A stretch of DNA of 64,000 nucleotides from Camelus ferus (Eukaryota). Where the stretch lies: contig NC_045696.1 of NCBI RefSeq assembly GCF_009834535.1, forward strand, positions 104,844,001-104,908,000. Direction: 5' to 3'. The notes under the pieces are model-generated. The model ran no database searches. It was not told the DNA's origin and was given only the letters and a program-made list of their open reading frames with translations. Positions 12,731-26,559 of this stretch are shown here, piece by piece; position 1 is the first letter of the stretch; each line of letters opens with the position of its first letter. The translations under genes and the position numbers were made by a program.

Positions 12731-13984
12731 ATGAACAGTCCCTCCTGCCCGAACACACTCTAAACAAGCACCACAAACTAAACTGGCCATGGAGCTCACG
12801 TCAAAAGAGTGAAGATCCCAAGGCATGCAGGGCCATCTTCCCTGGGGACAGCCCTGGAACCAGCTGACCCGAGTCTGTCCTAGCTCTTGGCCAATTGTGA
12901 ATTCAGTATTTAACTTGCCATTTAAAGATTTTTAAAGAATTGACACCTGGCAGGTTAAACCCCTAACACTCAAAATATCTGGACCATATCACCTCTGCAT
13001 TTCTCCTTAAAGAACTTACCCTCTCACTACTTCAAGCTTAAATGATCTCATTATAGAACAGAAAGCTCTAGAAACTCCCAAGTTTATTTATTATTTATTG
13101 ATGAGCTCTGGAAAGGACATGTTCAGGAGCAAATTCTCTCTCCGGCTGCCTTGAGTAATTTGACAGCAAAGAGATTACCTCCAGGAGGGCAGAGAAAAAA
13201 CATGCCGGGGGACAATACAATAATGAAAACTTGTGTGCCAAATAATGACCAGAGTCCCCATTTTTCTCCTTAATATTTGCTAAGGATGAACCACCCAGAT
13301 GGGCTTGTTTAATGGTGGAATCATAAAGGAGCCGCTTGCCAGCAGGTCTGCCTGTCAAGTGGGGCATGGGAGGCAGGCACTGACATCCATCTACTGCTCA
13401 AATGACACGCCACTCACAACCCCAGGCAGGGCCTTCCCTCAAGCGATTTTTGCATTTTTATAACTCGTTTTTTGCTACTCTGACTGTAGGAGCATTTCTC
13501 CTTTCCTGGGAGGGCTGAAATGAGGAGAACCAGTGACCAGAGCATGAGTTTCTCGAAAGTCACCCAGGAAGTCTGCAGGGAGCATTTTAATTAGCGAACA
13601 TGAGCACAAGGCAGCAAGTAAAAGGGTAGCTGCAGGGCAGCAGGAGCCAGGCCCACCTGAGTGATGATGGCGTGGATTCCCCCATCCCTCTGCCAACACT
13701 AAAGCCCTCACTTGTTCCCTTCCCCAGTGACTATGAAATGGAGAGGAGGTGGAGGCAGAGCTGAGCCTCAGGATCAGGGAGAGCTGGGTTTGACTGGACC
13801 ACACTCCTCCTGCTGCCTCCACAACTCCAGCTCACACAATAGCTGCACAACACCGGACGAAGTCTTCAACCTCGATGTCTTCATTTGTGAAATGGAGACA
13901 CCGACACGGCCTGAGCCGGGAGGGTGGGAGAAGATGTGAACACAGTGTCGGGAGGAATAACCGGGTGGGGGTTCTGTCTGGATG

Positions 13985-14432
13985 TAAGAGTATTAGTATT
14001 TAAGGAGAAATCCATCATCAAAAGATAAAGCCAAAGAATTCCCCTATTTATTTGAAAGTTAAGAAGCACACTTCTAAACAACCCATGAGTCAAAAAAGAA
14101 ATTATGATACGAACAGAAAATATTTCGAATTCAATGACATAAAAAATATACACATCGACACAAGGAGGGATCGGCTAAAGGAGTATTCTCAGAGGCAAAT
14201 GCACAGCCCCAAGTGAGGAAAGGACAAATATGAATGAGCTAAAACGTCCATCTTCCTAAACTGAAAAAGATGAGCAAAATTAAATCACGGAAGTAGAAGA
14301 AAGATGATAATAAAGACTAAAGCCACTACTGATAAAATAATCAGTGTAATTTAGAGAGGGTCGAGAAAGCCATTGGCGGGTTCTTTGAAAAAGCAAATAA
14401 AAATGATCAACTTCTGATGCAGTTGATGAGAA
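13985..14432 (+). mobile_element. ancient L1 ORF2 fragment (degenerate)
   Basis: 'cacacttctaaacaacccatgagtcaaaaaagaaatt' and 'gttctttgaaaaagcaaataaaaatgat' typical of L1 ORF2 downstream of the endonuclease. Confidence 0.8.
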
Positions 14433-14759
14433 AGGAGGAGGAAGTAACCAGCACTGGAATTACTAGTGGAGGCATTTTGCTGGGCAGGACTGGTGCTTCC
14501 AGAGTTGGCGTCTACCTTAGGATGCAGACAATGCCAGGCAGAGCCAAGACGTGGGTCCAGGAAAAGGGCCAGAAAGAGATGTGGGCCAAGAGAGGGCTCC
14601 AGGCAGGAGGTTCAGTGGAGAGAGAGGCCCCGATTGGGAAGCTGGAGAAGTTACTCCAACGGGGTTAGAGGAGAACCCCTGCTCGTTTCTACAAGGAGAG
14701 ACTTTAATGCCAAAGGAACTCAAATAATCCGAAAGAAGACTACATCTCATACTGGCCAC

Positions 14760-14980
14760 AAATGCAGGTTCAGGAGTCAACTGGGACTGTGGTGACATTT
14801 GCAATCAACTCGCTTTGCGACCTTGTGCATATCCCTTAACCGCTCTGGGCCTCTATTTCCTCGTCTGTAAACTGAGAGTAATACGAGTACCTCCCTCACA
14901 AGGTTGTCGTGAGCATTAGAAGAGGTTGGTACAAGTACATGCTCAGGTGCATTGAATATTACGATGAATATTAGTATTGT
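14760..14980 (+). mobile_element. MIR SINE
   Basis: 'cccttaaccgctctgggcctctatttcctcgtctgtaaactgagagtaatacgagtacctccctcacaaggttgtcgtgagcatta'. Confidence 0.85.
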
Positions 14981-16620
14981 TTTTATATCTCTATGAACCT
15001 AGTTTAATGTACCAATCTGGGCAGGCAGGCAAACTGGACTTCTGTGGACAGGCCCACACAACTGGGGACCCCGCGCCCCTTCATGTCCTCAGCAGTCATC
15101 CATGAAGCAACTCCTATGTGCCAAGAACAGATACCATCTTCACCAGGTGGTCCAGGAGCTGCCCAGAGGGGAGGGGCAGCTCCAGTCACCGCCCAGGCCA
15201 ATGCACACCCCAAACTGGACCTCCTGTGCAAAACCCTCACGGGCAGGAGTTAGGTAAGGTGAGGAAATCTCTCTCAGATACTAAATGGCCAAAGAATCAA
15301 GACAAATATGGATGATAATAGCCCTGAGCAGAAAAGGGCAGTTTTTTAAAAATACACTTTTTACCTAAGGAAAAATCAAAGGTCAAATGGCAGATGGAAA
15401 AAACAAAAAACAAAAAACAAAAAACCCAGCAGCAAGTTGTAGCTTTGACCTCAGTTTTTATGCCAAGAGCTTTGGAGCAGATGTTCTCAGAGCCAAAAAT
15501 GGAGGAGGATGGCCTGCCTGGCCAGTTGCCCCGGGGCAGCATCACCAGCTTCTGGGTCTCCTCTCACAAGGACATGCTGCCTGTGCCTTCCTGGAGCCTC
15601 CAGAGAGCGGGGTGAGGCAGGAGAGGACTGCGTTCAGAGCTTTGCAGAGGAGTTCTGCCAGACCCAGGGACCATAAATCCCAGAAATGGAAAACAGGAGT
15701 GAGAAATAAAACCCTTGGCTTCCCGCGAACTGCCAGCCACTTTCTTGGGGCTGTAAATAACCATAGTTAAACCAAGCACCCTTTGCACTTCTTGGCAGGG
15801 AAGTGCATGAAAACATCTAATGTAAAGATTTTAAATACTTAAATGCTCTCTGCCAACATCTACTTAACCGCCCCGAGTTGCATGGTCCAGATCTTTGAAG
15901 GCAGCCTGATGCACCTCTCCCCACCCTCCTCCGCTGCCCGTGACCACTGCCTTAGGGGACCCTGACTGGTGGAGCTCATGGCATCGTGAGTGAGGAGCGG
16001 GGATCAGTCAGGCCTGGCAGAAGGCGGTGAGTGGCCCCGAGCCATGAGCCCAGCTGCCCACAGTGCCACTTTGGCACTCACCATTCTGCAAGCCCCAAAT
16101 TAGTCAGCTGGAAAGTAAGAGGCACAGCCCACATCAGAATCCATGTTGTCCTGGCTCCAAAGCTCAGGCATGGTTTCAAAGACAAATCCCAGGCTGCCAG
16201 GAAATACACCCTGGGGGGGTGACTGTGACTACGACTTTGGGGCTGGGACTCCTTTTTCTCCCCTCACCCCTCACTTCCAGCTCCTCTGAACTCCGATTCC
16301 ACCATAGCATAGTGAGCCTGTAGTCAGACGTGGTGATTCTGCATGTTCATTTCGAGGGTATCTCCTAAGTCAATGAGTCAGAGCCACGTTTTGGACCATG
16401 TGGACGGCTATCGTTTAATCAAGAGCTGCCCAAAGATGCAGCACCATCATCTGTGCTGCAGTCACTGCAAATGAAGATCAAACGACATCGTGGCTGTCTG
16501 TGGGAATAAAAATTTCAAAGTAACTTGAAAAGAGAAAAGTGAGGGGTGGAAATTGAATCCTCTGGTAGAAAGGCAGGACCAGAACTCAAAACACGCCCTC
16601 CGCAGCCGTCTGTGGGTGTA

Positions 16621-16632
16621 TGCGCATGCGCC
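16621..16632. promoter_or_regulatory. NRF1-like motif TGCGCATGCGCC
   Basis: 11/12 match to the palindromic TGCGCATGCGCA; both CpGs retained. Confidence 0.5.
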
Positions 16633-16759
16633 GTGCCTCGACTCATTAGCAAAAAGCACCGCAGTCAATACCCCAGGAAGAATGTTTCTGGTCTCAGTTC
16701 CAGCGATAATTAGATTCCTGACTATTTAACATACATTTCAATAAGCTAACATACTAACT

Positions 16760-17290
16760 TTATCTTCAAATAAACTGGCTGGCTTCACGGGATTCTCAGC
16801 GATAGCTCATTAAAACTGGCATTTGAAGGTTTTGATTAATCATGGATCTGAGTAGCCTGAACTAACGAATGTAACCTAAATGAATTTATATAATTTAAAA
16901 GCCTATTTATGTAAGCAGGCCTTCCTTTCATTAGTATTATAGAACTGAAAGTATAGATTTTAATACATAAAACTGAATCCATGTCAATACAACCCTGTTG
17001 GTAACACAACATCCACCCTTCAGTTTCAGCAGAATATATGCATCTTATAAACTTGATAGTGTTAACTTGAATTTTATTGGTTTTGTATTTGTCTGTATAT
17101 AATTTATACATGTTTTGGATTTATAGGGTTATAAGAAATATAAACTTTGAGGTTTACACTTAGTTCAATAGTTCCACATTTTAGAGAAATCTCATAATAA
17201 AAATAATTACATTCAACAGAATGGGTTTCTGAGAATTCCTTTTTTCCTTGAATGGAATGAATGCATTACTCAGGTATGAGAAACACTGAC
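16760..17290. mobile_element. probable hAT-Charlie DNA transposon remnant
   Basis: AT-rich body ending '...tgagaaacactg', a Charlie-like terminus. Confidence 0.4.
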
Positions 17291-17944
17291 ACAATGAAAC
17301 CTTAATGATGGGTGTCTAGGTCATTTCCTATTATGTTACTAATACGAACAATGTGCAATTAATCTCTTTTTCCAAGTATCTCTGTGTTTGAGTATGCCTG
17401 TAGGATAAACTTCTAAATGTGCAACACGTGTCAAAGTGTAGATGAATTTACATGTTCATAAGAGCAGTCAAATTACCCTCCAGCGAGACTGCAATTGCTC
17501 TTTCCAAGCTATGTATGCAAATGTCTGTTTCCACACACCCTTGACCCTTTTTATATCTTTGCCAATCTGCTCACCTGACAGGTAAATTAAGATACATCAG
17601 AGTTGTTTTAGTTTACACTTCTTTAATCAGGGGAAGAATGAGCATTTTCCATATGTTTATTTGGTATTTTTGATTTCTTTGTTGTCTATGTGTGAACTGC
17701 TTATTGATGCTCTTTGCTGATTAGATTGTTTTATTATTTTCTCATTGATTTGTTGGCACTCTTTGCTTACAATATCTGTCTCTTGTGTTGAGGATACTTT
17801 GTCTTGTTTTTCAAGTGTCTTTTGCCTTCACTATAGTAAATTTACTAAGCAGCCTTTACAAAAATTCTCAAGTAAAATATATCAACCTGTCTTTTGTACC
17901 TTTGTTTCCTTTTAGCCTTTTTATGATTACATTGATTATCATTA

Positions 17945-18086
17945 TTATTATTTATTATTATTATTTGGTGGGGGGAGGTAACTAGGTTTATTTTATATAG
18001 TTTTAGAGGAGGTACTGAGGATTGAACCCAGAACCTCACGCATGCTAAGCATGCATTCTACCACTTGAGCTATACCATCCCCCCTC
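17945..18086 (-). mobile_element. camelid tRNA-derived SINE (Vic-1-like)
   Basis: reverse complement reads GGTATAGCTCAAGTGGTAGAATGCATGCTTAGCATGCGTGAGGTTCTGGGTTCAATCCTCAGTACCTCC (Pol III A/B boxes); 15-bp TSD CATTGATTAT(C/T)ATTA at 17930-17944 and 18087-18101. Confidence 0.9.
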
Positions 18087-18436
18087 CATTGATTATTATT
18101 AAATATTGTATTCATCTAAAATTTCTTTCACATAAGACATAACGAAAGTATTGAGATTTTTCTTCCTTTTCTAGATATCAACCTAGTCTATTGAATAGTC
18201 CATCTTTTCCTGCTCATTTGAAATGTTACCTTATACTAGATATAAATTCTCCCAATGCTTGGACCTGTTTCTGCACTCTTCCATTGCATTGAACAATTTT
18301 CTATTCATCTACCAATACCAAACTGATTGAAGCAGTGTGTATTTATAAAACATTTTGAAATTTGGTAAGGCTAGTCTGAACATATAAATCTTTCCTTATG
18401 TTTTTGTGGCTGTTTTCATGTATTTAACTTTCTGGG

Positions 18437-18655
18437 TGAGAAGTCTGCAAACTAAGAGACAGGCAGTAAATATTGTAGGCTTTTTGTGGACCATACAGTC
18501 TCTAAGTAGTAACTACTCAACTCTGTCTTTGTAGCTGGAAAACAGCCACAGGTCACCTGTAAACAAATTTTGAGTGTGGCTGTGTTCCAATAAAACTTTA
18601 CTTACAAAAACAGCTATGGGCTGGATTTCCATGAGCCATTGTTTGCCAACCTCTG
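18437..18655. mobile_element. MER58A-like hAT-Charlie MITE
   Basis: 'actactcaactctgtctttgtagc...gtggctgtgttccaataaaactttacttacaaaaacag...gtttgccaacctctg'. Confidence 0.85.
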
Positions 18656-20514
18656 TTCTAAATGAACTCTAGTATCATTTTTGAAAGTTATTCCATCTAA
18701 ACAACCAAACTGATTTTGGTCTATTGGTTGGGATTGTTTAGAATTTAATGATGAATAGTGGGAGAATTTACATTTTTAAATGTTGACTCTTACCATCCAA
18801 GAACACTTTCTATCCATCCGTTTATTCACAGCTTCATTTTTGCTGTCAATAAGATTGTGATGTTTTCTCATAGCTACTGCACATTTCTTAAGTTTAGTGT
18901 AAGGTATTTTATCTGTTTTTATGTTTGTTTATTACTGCACATGAAATTGTTTGTACCGTTGACTTTTGTTCAACCCACTAGTTTAATGCAAGGTTTATCA
19001 CCAGATTATAGACTTTTCTGGAACTGATGGAGAACTCTCATGAGGCCTAGATACCCTCTGAAGTGGTATGCAACACTTGGGAAGTACACTGTTCTGGGGA
19101 GAAGGTCTATAGCTTTCACCGGAATCTCAAGATCACTATCCATTCCTGTGTCCCAAATATGAGATGCCCTGACTCAAGGAGAGTAAAGGCCAGGGCTTTG
19201 GTATTGAAGTGGAACCCCACTAGAGGTTACCAGGAACATACTGGGTGCAGGGTCAGGGAGAGTGAGAGCCATGCATCTGCCCCGGCTATTTGAGGGTAGG
19301 AGTGACAGCCAGGTTTACCAGCACTTTCCCACCACTGTGCACGTGGGCAGTGCTGCCTGGGGCCGAGGCATCCCAGGGGGCCTGTGCTCAGCAATCTAGC
19401 CCACACCCACACCTCCTTGACTCTCAGGTGTCCTCTTAGTATAGCCCCATCTCACCTCCTTCCTACGGAGCTCTGCTCAACCTCACTGCTTCCTGGGATC
19501 ATGAGCTGTCTGTTGCCAGTTGCTCCCTAGTCCCTTGCCGGGATCCTCCCCTGACCCTCTGTGGGCTCTGGAGTCCTATCGCCCTGGAAAGGCAGCATGG
19601 GTAGAGGAGGAGCACAGACGAAAGGGTCCAACAAACCCAAGTTCACATCTTGCCTTTGCTGACACGTGCTGTAAGGCAGGATGTAACCTTCCCTGACCTC
19701 AAAGAAGTACAGGGCCACATGCACACCTCCCGGCATGGCTATAGGGATAGAGAGAGAGACCGCAGGAGGGCTGAAAGCCACTCCTCCCACGGAACTTGTT
19801 ATTCAGCAACGGGATGGTCTTCACTCACTTCTCACACAGCCAACTGGCATCAGTCAGGCTCAGTCTCTGCCCGTGAGACCTATGGAGACTCTGTGAACTC
19901 TGCCCTTCCCCACCGGCAGGGTGTGCCTCCTGTGGGGGTACCGGAAGTCTGCACTGAAGAGAGATCTACCACGGCCCTGCCGTTAACCTGATGTCTCAGT
20001 GCCATGATGTACCCAGGACGCCCCCATCTCATAGGTATCCCTCCCAACCACTGAGAGGCTTCTGTCCTGACATTGCTAGGTCTGAGCCAAACATGAGTAC
20101 AGGACAATTCTGAGAAACAGAATTAGATCTCAGGCAAGATTTAAGGCTAGGTTTACACTTGGGTTTTCCTCATAGAAGAGGAAGACTCACTGTTACTTCC
20201 CAAGTCATGGTTTCCTTATCTGGATAAAAATAAGGGCAACTAAATGTTAATGGACACTGACTATGTGGCAGGAGATATTTCTGCCCCCAAACCCTATGAC
20301 AGAGATTCTGTTATCATCACAGAGACACACGGTGATTAAGTCACATGCTTAAAGCAGAAAAAAAATTAAATTTGAACCAGGTACTATGATGTGAGAACCC
20401 AGACTCTTAATCGCTGTCATCTACATGCCAATCTCATGGAGGGCTTTAAATCACATATAATTCATACATCCCTGCACTGGGTTGGATCCATAGTAGATGT
20501 TCAATACATGATAG

Positions 20515-21219
20515 TTGACCTTTCTTGAGGCAGAAATTGGCCCACACACCAGGAACTGGCCTCTTACCAACTGGCCATCACATTAGGAATTGGCCAAATC
20601 TTCAAACACTGTAGCCACTCCATCAAGAGTTCAACATCCCACCAGAAGTTGGTCATCATTAGAAATTGGTCATTCCCTTAAGACAACTCAAAAACCATGG
20701 TCCAGCTAAAGCCTGCCCAGGAAGCCAAGTACCAAAATGTGAATGAAAAATATTGCCAGCTGTATCAGTAAACAAAGGATGCTGTGGCCATCAAGTCATC
20801 AGCCACTACCACCACCCCTGACAGTGAGCAGAGGGATCTCAGGATGCAGACAAGTAGGCAGCCTGGCCTTGGCAGCCACCCCTAATGGTACACCCAGATG
20901 GGACTCAGGATGTGGAGGAACAGGGTACTGGCCCTAGATGGCGAAGGTGCATATTAAAGGAATGATTTCAATGAGCCCAGACTTTTGCACCTTCCCATAC
21001 ATAGCTTGAGGTATCTGGTTTTCTTTAATTAGCAGTAATCTTTCAATGTTCCGACTACCTTGTCTTTGTTGCAGAAACTCCTGTGTATCCTGACTGCCTC
21101 TTTGGAGCAGTCCCTCAGAGCGATCTGAGAGGCTGTCAGCCTGGGCTTAAGACCTCAGAAATGTCCACCCAATAAAACATAACTCTCAACTTTTAGGTTG
21201 TGCACTTTTTCAGCCAACA
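20515..21219 (+). mobile_element. solo ERV1-like LTR
   Basis: AATAAA at 21171 followed by a U5-like 'aactctcaacttttaggttgtgcactttttcagccaaca' ending in CA; internal repeated 'tggccatcacattaggaattgg'-type units; 5' boundary uncertain. Confidence 0.75.
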
Positions 21220-23202
21220 ACAGGGTAGCCTTCAATTCAACAAATACAGATTGTTCCTCACTGGAAAGAGAAATGAAACACATTACTGCCAAATGTATCT
21301 AAAATCCAAGTACTCAGGGACTGTGAAAGTCCATCTGGAGGAGAAGAAGAAGGAAAAGAGATAAACTCGAGGGGAGCAGTCTGTGGACCTGAGGGGAACC
21401 TGCCATGTTCCAGGCACTGTGCCGAGAACCTCCAGCTGTCAGTTTATCTGCCCCTGAACTCTGAAAGGGCCCCTTGGATCTATTTGTAGATGAAGATTCT
21501 GAGACCCAGGGAGGTGAAGTGAATCATCTGGATTCCCGGAGCTTACAAAAGGTAGACCTGCATGCAAAAGCAGGTGGCCCTAGGCCCTCTCCTGCAAACT
21601 TCAGGGCCACCCTCCACCTGACTGTAATGGGTCCCTACAGAAAGAGTGGTGTCTGCCCAGGACAAACACTGCCTCTTGCATAACGAAACTGAGGCTGGCC
21701 CTGCGCTGGACTAGACTCTCCCTCACTTCAAATCATCGCTTGAGGAGTTTCTGGTTGTAAGCGTCTGCTGTGGCTTGGGAGCCCTAGAGAGAGAGAGCTA
21801 TGTCCAGAGTGCCTGGCACAGAGCCCTGGAATAGAACCTAACAAGTCTCGCACATATGGTGCCCAGACCATACAGACACAACCTCTGCCAAGAGCGTAGA
21901 ATCTTCATGTCAATCAGAGAGAAGGAAATCAAACGTGCATCACTAATTTTTATCCTTTTTAGGCAGGTGGCAGGATGATGAAATGAGGAGACTGGTTATT
22001 TTAAGAACTCCATTTCCGGAAGTCAGCGAGGCAAATATACCAACATCAAAACAGTAGGAAGCAGCCCCATTTCTCCCAGGAAAGTGCCCTTCTTCACGTG
22101 GCCACCCACAGGGGAGTCCTTGTGATCGGGGGGATGACAGTGTCTGCACTCGTCAGGCACACTCTAAATAACATCCCTCTTGACTACGTGTGATCACTGG
22201 GAAATCATTTCACCTTCCTGAGACTCCATCTTTTCCTCTCTAAAATGGACATAATGCCTACCTTTCTGGACTTTCTGGAGGTTCAACTGAGATCATTTAC
22301 AGTAACATGCTTGGCACAAAGAGGGTCTCGATGTGGTGGTTTTTGCCTCAGGACTGAAGCATCAACAACACAAGACTGCAGAGACCCAGGGACGTGAATC
22401 TGTCTGAAACTATGGGAAGCAGATGAAATCTGTGCATTACCCTGTCAACAGAGCTGCACAGCTGAACAAGAATTTGATAGTCACACAGAATGACAGCAAT
22501 AACTTCTAAAAACAAGAATTGAGAGAGGTAAGAAAACTAAGGCTGTGCAGCCCCAACCATGTGCTGGCCCTGTGCTAGAAGCTTTACTCAAGGATCTTCA
22601 GAACCACCCTGCAAGTAGGCCACAGTGTCCCCAGTTTAGAGAGGAGGAGGCTGAAGCCCAGTGAGCTTCTGTAACATCATCGCATCCCTCTCTGAGCTAG
22701 TAAGACACCTTCCCGTTACCCTACATAACTTTGTATCATCCATCATGGAATCACACAGGCTGGGGGTGCAGGGAGGGCCAGGGGTCAAACCTCTCCTCCC
22801 TCAAGATTGATGAAATTCACTCCGGGCATCTCTTGCTCTGATTAAAATACACAGATGATTAATTACCAAACTTCTTGACACAGAAATGTGAGTGATTGGA
22901 GTGCTGCTGACAACTGGTCCAGGGTGATCGTTACAGAGGGGAAAGAATAGCCATGCACAGCTTACCTCCTTGCCATCCTTTTCTGGCTCCTAAGCATCTG
23001 TGAGTGTCTGTGGGTGAAGGGCAGTGAAGGTGATACATGAGAACATAGTGGTCATAGATGAATGTAAATCAACAACCTACTGCTTTGGTTTAATGTAACA
23101 GGAACCTAAGTAGAGGGTTATTTCTCCCAAGGTGGTAGCAAGGCTATAAAATGGAGTCTGTCTTGGCAATCATCAGCCTCTCCTGTTTGTTCCTATTCCT
23201 TT

Positions 23203-23328
23203 TTTTGGGGGGGGGGGTGTAATTCAGAATTTATTTTATTTTATTTTATTTTTGGAGGGATGGAAGATTGAATCCAGGACCTAAGCACGTGCCCTACCAC
23301 TGGGCTATATCCTCCCCCGACTCCCACG
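23203..23328 (-). mobile_element. camelid tRNA-derived SINE (Vic-1-like), internally deleted
   Basis: 'gattgaatccaggacctaagcacgtgccctaccactgggctatatcctcccc'; TSD CCTATTCCTTT (23192-23202) / CCCATTCCTTT (23329-23339). Confidence 0.85.
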
Positions 23329-24899
23329 CCCATTCCTTTCTCATAGAACATCCCTGCATAAAAGTTTTGGTACCTTCAGCCCTGATCACTTTCCTGTCTA
23401 GCCCTTCTTCCAGGAAAGCATCTCCTAGAAATCAGTCACACTTTTAAGTTCATATATATCCACTTGTCTTCTTTCAAAGGATCATTTTCTCCTTTGGCCT
23501 TTTTTCTCATTATAGAACAAAAGTTTGCTGCCCGCAAACAATATTTCAGGCATCAGAGAAAACTAGAGAGAGAGTCTTGGAAAAATACCAGGACAGAGGC
23601 TGTGAAGCCTCCTTGTAGAAGTAGAAAGTGAAAGACTGCTTCTCTACCTTCCATCTGTTCTTGCAGACAAACAGGCTGCTATATGGACCCAACAGGCACC
23701 ATTGAGAATAAGATAGAACATTCCAGAAAATATTCATTCTGGGCTTGCACATACCTGGAAAATTGCAGAATGATGGAGTAGAAAACTCACAGACCTTAGA
23801 ATCAAGCTGTAAATCTCCTCTCTGCCACTTTCAAGCTGAAAGACCATTGGTCAGTTATTTAATTTCTTCATTTACCCATTCTGTTGAATGCGGATCAAAA
23901 TATTTCCATGTCAGTTGGTGATGGTTAGCGTTGTGTGGAATAGTGAATGTAAAATGGGGGGAAATCATAGGAACTTGACAACCATTAGTTCCCTTCTCTC
24001 TCTACAATGGTTGAGCAGATCATGTAAGATGAATTCTTCTGTGGGATAATAAAACTAGTTAATGAAAAACTAATATTCCCATGCAGCATTTTATCACTCA
24101 TGGGTCTGGTACTCCCACTCCCAGGGCTGTATTTGCCAACATTCAACATCGTACTTTAAATGAATGAAGCAAAGCATGATGCATTCAATGGTTCCTGGGA
24201 ATTGAGTCTTTAAAAATCCCAACATCTTCTGACCTTCTGGTTTTAGAGAGACTCTATGGAGAGTCTGGAAGGCCAGTTAAGGCTAGATGGTGACCCAGAG
24301 AGAAAGACGAACTTGCTTCCCAGGGTATCTCCTTCTTCCCCCCAGCCCTCTTGGCAACCTCTCTCAGGATCACACATTCAAGCCCATGGGAAGCATCTGA
24401 AGTCTTGAAGTTATCAAAACAGAGGCTTGTAGGAATCAACTTCTTGACCATGATGAGGGTAGCTCTTTGCCCCAAGTTACTGTTAACATTGCATCAGTAC
24501 AAGTGCTCAAACTTTTCAAAACCCTTTCCCATTGACAGTCACAGAACTCAGGGATGAGTAGGTAGTGAGGGGCTATCTCCCAGGATTACAATCAAGATAA
24601 AGAAAGGCAGGGCCCAGATGGCCAGATCTGAGCCTCAAAGACAGACACTGTGGATTGGTCTCCAGGTCCAATCTGTCTCAGGCCCTAGGCAGGCTCACCT
24701 GTCCTCACTCCCACACACCTGCCCTTGGCCTTGACCACCTGACTTCATTCTGATCTCCCTGTGCCTTTGACCATGTCCTGCTCATCCATTCACCTGCTCC
24801 AGTAAAACCCCAACTCAGCCTGTCTTGACCCTTCTCTGAAATTCATTTCTATTTTTCTCTAAAACTTCATTAAACATTTTAAGTTGCTCCCATGGCTAT

Positions 24900-25505
24900 T
24901 AACAAGTTAACCTTTTTGAGTCAAATCTGATAATACACCTTTTCTCCAAATGCTGTACATTTTAGAAGCTTCTCAATATCTTAGCTTAGAGCTGTACATA
25001 TTATGCTCTTGTAATTTGATTTAATCTCTTCCATATTCATGGTTATAGTCCCTTTCTTATCTTTAATCTTGGATATTTGTACTTTCTCTTTCATTTTCTT
25101 GATTATGTCTAAGATGTGCATGTCTATTTTATTGGTTTCTTCAAAGAATCAGCTTTTAGACTCACTTATAAATTCTAATGTTTTTCTATTTTCTAATACA
25201 TTAATTTCTATCATATTTGTGGTATATTGCTTCCTAATTTCCTCAGATTTCTCCTTTTTTAACTTCTTATGTTGACTGCTCTATTTATTTTCATTCTTTG
25301 TCATTGATTATTAAGCAATTTAAGGCTATGGATTTGCTTCTAAGTACAGCTTTGGTCACATGCCATAAATTTTATAGTATATAGTGTTTCTCTATTAATA
25401 GCTTGTAATTGTGGTTTTGATTTTCATTTGTACCCAAAAGTCATTTAAGAAAGTTCCATTTTTTTCCTTTCATATGATTAGGTTTTATTTTGCTTTGATT
25501 TTCCC
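24900..25505 (-). mobile_element. ancient L1 ORF2 fragment
   Basis: 'tctattttattggtttcttcaaagaatcagctttt...atttaaggctatggatttgcttctaagtacagcttt'. Confidence 0.8.
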
Positions 25506-26559
25506 TGTTAAGTACTATAGCATGATTCTCCACGGGCAGGGAAGACATTCTCATTCCACTTTTCAAAGAAGAAGAACCTGAAGCATGGTGAGGTTAAACA
25601 ACCAGCCTGAGGCTTTGGAGATAATAAGCAATAAAGCCAGAAAAGGAGAAATGACAATCAAATTTTTTGCATAAAGAGGTAATCTCCAAGCTCCTTATTC
25701 AGCAACAGGGAATGCACAACTGTCAGTGGACTTTCCTAGGGCTAGGGAGGGGCGTGAAGCGTTTTCAGGAGCTAGAGCAAGGCCTCTAACAGGGCACGGA
25801 GGTCCTACCTCAGTATTTATGCTCAGAGGACACCTCCCAGGGTGCTGTGCTTGTTGTTCACGCCCCATCACTGGGCAGGGTGTAAGGTGGTGGGTAGTGA
25901 GGACTCCATCTTCCGGACCCGGTCCAGGGTAGCTGGAGCAAAGGGCCTGGAGAGTCTTTGTACACAAGCAGTCCAGATGCAAGGCTTACAGCACACAGAG
26001 GCCCCAGCTGGCCTTGTCCAAATGGCAGCCAGTGCCCACACCACTCAGGGTGTACTACTGCCTCCTTGTGCTGGTTATTTAATCCTAAGTAGTTCTCAGC
26101 CCCCTTCACTGACAAAGAAACCAAGGCTCAGAGAGATTAAGGAACATATTCCAGGGCAGAGTTGATGGTGCAAAATGGCACTTCCTCAGAGGGTGACAAG
26201 ACATTGCAGGAGAACATGGTGATGGTGGTTGAGACGTTCTGATTTCAGAGCAGGCTTCTGGTAGGACTAAGGATGGACCTGTGGAGTTCAGCAAGGGTTT
26301 TGAACCTCTGTTTATATATTTGACTTTTAAATGATTTATCCCCAACTTTCCTTTCCTATACACTTCATTTTCCCCTCAGATGAGGGAGGACTTTACCCAG
26401 TCCTGGGGACTAGAGGTTTAGGGTGGCACCCAGCACATGGCAGGTGCTCAGTTAACATGGTGTTGGGGAGGCTCCTTTACCCCTTTCTCCCTCTAGCTTG
26501 GGGCTTGGGCTATCTTTTGCAGAGTCTGACACCAGTAAAGCCCTAGGACAGAAAGAGCC

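Larger units (their letters stand above)
17300..18950 (-). mobile_element. ancient L1 (L1M) fragments interrupted by a SINE and MER58
   Basis: T-rich reverse L1 sequence such as 'tttgccaatctg...gttttagtttacacttctttaat...gagcattttccatatgtttatt' and 'catttttaaatgttgactcttaccatccaagaaca'. Confidence 0.75.

Noticed and set aside
21974..21980. Box C motif ATGATGA
   Set aside because: No box D (CTGA) at a suitable distance and no terminal stem.
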